Source of the DNA: Dimorphilus gyrociliatus
Taxonomy: Eukaryota > Animalia > Annelida
Length of the DNA: 64,000 nucleotides
Direction of reading: 5' to 3'
Assembly (NCBI GenBank): GCA_904063045.1
Contig: CAJFCJ010000008.1
Coordinates: 372,001 to 436,000 of the forward strand
Each line of letters begins with the position of its first letter. Position 1 is the stretch's first letter. The translations under genes were made by a program, and so were the position numbers. Shown here one piece after another: positions 60,998 to 64,000 of this stretch. The notes below the pieces were generated by a model. That model was not told the DNA's origin and made no database searches. It worked only from the letters and a program-made list of their open reading frames with translations.

Positions 60998-62276
60998 TAA
61001 ATACTTTAATAATTTTAATATTAATAATTATACAAAACAGTATTTGATCGAAATAAAAGAAATCATACTTTTTTTTAGGTTTTTCTTTATTTTTATGTCA
61101 ATTTCTTTTTTGTTATCTATCGTTGCTATTAATAAAATAATTACATATTTTGTTTTTTTAAAAAAAAAATAAAGAAGACAAAGACTTTAAAATTTTTTAG
61201 GATATAATAGAAAATTGAATGTTTTCACTATGCAATATCGATGGTATTTGTTTATATCTTTGTTTTCTTTATTCATTTTCTACTATGATTTTTAATTGAT
61301 AATTTATGTTTTAAAGGTTTTAGTAAAATGAAATATATGTATATACATTATAAATAATTATGAGTTTTGTATGGCTTTTATCATTTTTCTTTCGTCCTTT
61401 AAATAAGAAATTAGTAAATCTTTAGCGTATTAAAATTTTAGAGATCATGAAAAAACCTGTCTCTTTCTATCCTTCCTTAATTTATATGCTGTTAGAGTCG
61501 AATTCTCTTGAGAAAACGTATTAGTACTAATAAAAGAATGGGACTGGATGAGCAACTGTAACTTGATAAATATCAATTTAAATATCATTTACAAAGTTTT
61601 AGAGTAAAGATTAAGAGTTCAGTGATAAAGATGGATTGACTTGATATGGGAAGCGTAAGAGATGAGATTAGAAAAAGACAAGAGATGGCGTTAACGTTAA
61701 ATAGGTAATTAGGAAAGCGAAGAAAAGGGAGAAAGAGGGGTATGGGTTGGCGATAGGAGAGAGGAGATTAGCAGATTATATAGATTATAATAAATCATAA
61801 TAAATATGCATAATATAAGTTCACATATTAATTATTAATAAATTAATGAATATTTTCAACATTTTAAAAGAAATTTAGGACTATACATGATTGAACCATA
61901 TAAAATCGTATTAATATTTGTAATGCAATATAACATACACATAAGCATATATGAGTAGTATTAGAAATGGAAAAAGTAGAAGAAAAAAGTTACAGATAAA
62001 AACAATTGAGAAATAAACGATAAACCTTAAAGCAATAAAATAAGTTATAAATAAAACTCCATAATTTTTTCGTTCTTTTCTTTCAACCTTCCCACGTTCA
62101 ATAATTTTTCTTTTACTATTGAAAATAGTCCAAGAATCACGTTCCAATAAGTAGACGATAAAAACCTAGTGGACATTTAGGCCTATTTGAAAATACTATT
62201 CTTTATTGAACAGTATTTTACAGTATGAGAGAGTGAGTAGAGAGAAGAAAGGCCCGGTTATAGGCGTTGAATCGTG

Positions 62277-62310
<34 letters not shown>

Positions 62311-62780
62311 TTTTTTTTTCCTTACGGATAATTTCTTAGGGAATTTCTAACATAATCTTGATCTCTAATAGTTCATTAAAGGTAAACAATAAATAATAAT
62401 ATATAAATAATCAATTTTGATATCAAATCACTTTAAAAAGTTGATTAAGCTTAACAAAAATTGCTATAAAAAGAAATACAAACAATCTGTATGAATGAAG
62501 TAAAGAATTATTCATTAAATATAGGAAGAATACGGAACATTTTTGACTTTTAATGATAAATAGGTTAATGCTATGGGATATATGAATAATAATTTCTATT
62601 GTATTATAATTTCATAACCTTGTAAAGAAAGAAGAAGGAAAAATATTAAAAGAGTTTATAGCTTAAGGAAAAATATATACTAAGGACGAAAAATAATATC
62701 TATATAAGAAAATTGAGAAGGATAAAAAAATCTATTGAACGATATCTTTCAAGCTACAAGAGAGAGAGAGAGAAACAGAC

Positions 62781-62811
<31 letters not shown>

Positions 62812-62817
62812 GTAAAG

Positions 62818-64000
62818 ATGAATTTTAACGTAAATGCAACCCAAGAAGATTTAACGTTATTACAAACATTAGATGAGAAAACCTTATTAGAGGAGATTCA
62901 AATGCGTTATAAAGGAAATAGAATTTACGTAAGTAATATCTTAGATTTTAATTAATATAAATATAGTCGTGAAAAATATTTCAACATTCTTTTTCGTGAC
63001 TCATTCGTATTGTAATAAACTTTTTGTTCTACTTGCTTATTTTGTCATATATATAGTGAACAATGAAAATTCAACTCTTAACCACCGATATCTAAACTTT
63101 AAATGAAAATATAGTAAATAATCTAGACTATTATACACTATTTAATTTACTTACTCTTCTTTTATTAATAATATCATAATATAATTGAAAATATACAACA
63201 ATAGGGAAAGTATAAAAAGTCTACTCTTGTTTTGTATTTGAAAAGAAACGAGGGTAATGTGAAAAGATATGAGCTTGTAATCATAATACAAATATTATTA
63301 AAAATCTTAAAAGGAAGTAGACTACACTCAAAAATGATATTTCTAACATTGATTTCTTTTAAACTATGCTTTTTCTTGATAAATTTATCTTTTCTTTTAC
63401 TTTTTTATAGACTTATATAGGTGATGTTCTCCTATCTATTAATCCCTATAAGGATATATCAATATATTCTATAAGACATCAAAGAGAATATACCGATATT
63501 AAAATACGCCAAGCTCTTCCTGCTCATGTATATGCTATTGCTGACAACGCCTATCAGACTTTACGTCGAACCAGACAAAGTCAAACTATAGTGATTAATG
63601 GTGAATCGGGCTCCGGTAAGACACAAAATGCTAAATTTCTTACACAGCATATTGCATTTGTTAGTGGAGGTCATCTGGATATTGATGAACTTGAGACAAG
63701 GATTATTAAAGCTAATCCTTTATTGGAAGCGTTTGGTAACGCAAAAACGATAGCCAACGATAATTCATCGAGGTTCGGTAAATATTTAGAGATAAAATTC
63801 GATAACGACGGAGAAATGATCGGTGCTCTCATAAATGAATACATGCTGGAAAAGTCAAGAATAATTCGATGCTCACCGGGTGAAAGAAACTTTCATATCT
63901 TTTATCATATGTTTGCTGGTTTATACGACGAACAATTAAAAAATAATCTACTCGACCAGCCCGATGATCACAGAATCTTGCATACATTCGACGGTTCTCG
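62818..64000 (+). CDS. Myosin motor domain, class III-like, 5' part (exon 1 62818-62928, exon 2 from 63411, truncated by window end)
   Basis: EDLTLLQTLDE..IY|TYIGDVLLSINPYK; P-loop GESGSGKT; switch I NPLLEAFGNAKT..NDNSSRFGKY; YMLEKSR; GERNFHIFY. Confidence 0.93.

Noticed and set aside
61500-61780. Purine-rich block upstream of the myosin, possibly a lost kinase exon or TE
   Set aside because: No kinase or TE motif in the frame I read, and many stops.
63874-63888. TCACCGGGTGAAAG resembling the miR-36 family
   Set aside because: It lies in the myosin coding frame (SPGERN) and is explained by protein constraint.

Overview
AT-rich, gene-dense animal DNA with mostly ~50-70 nt introns. It looks like a compact spiralian (probably annelid) genome, though the taxon is inferred from gene content only. 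1-27.4 kb is tightly packed with a Cys-rich HFA-amide neuropeptide precursor, a mir-375-family hairpin, UPF3 (-) head-to-head with SCAPER (+), WDR91 (-), TCTEX1D2/DYNLT2B (-), a secreted Calx-beta x2 + ITIH-C-terminal-like protein (-), CUL4 (+), NAGK (-) and a CARD ORF next to a death-domain ORF (+). 27.4-52.8 kb holds only a two-exon Zic gene (-) within ~25 kb of CpG-rich, motif-dense non-coding DNA bracketed by CTCF-like sites. 52.8-64 kb has an intronless VKOR (-), a delta-like ionotropic glutamate receptor (+) with a Tc1/mariner relic in one intron, and the 5' end of a kinase-less myosin-III-like motor (+) cut by the window edge. No tRNA, rRNA or CRISPR array was recognised. All homology calls come from motif recognition by eye, and several internal exon boundaries were not traced.
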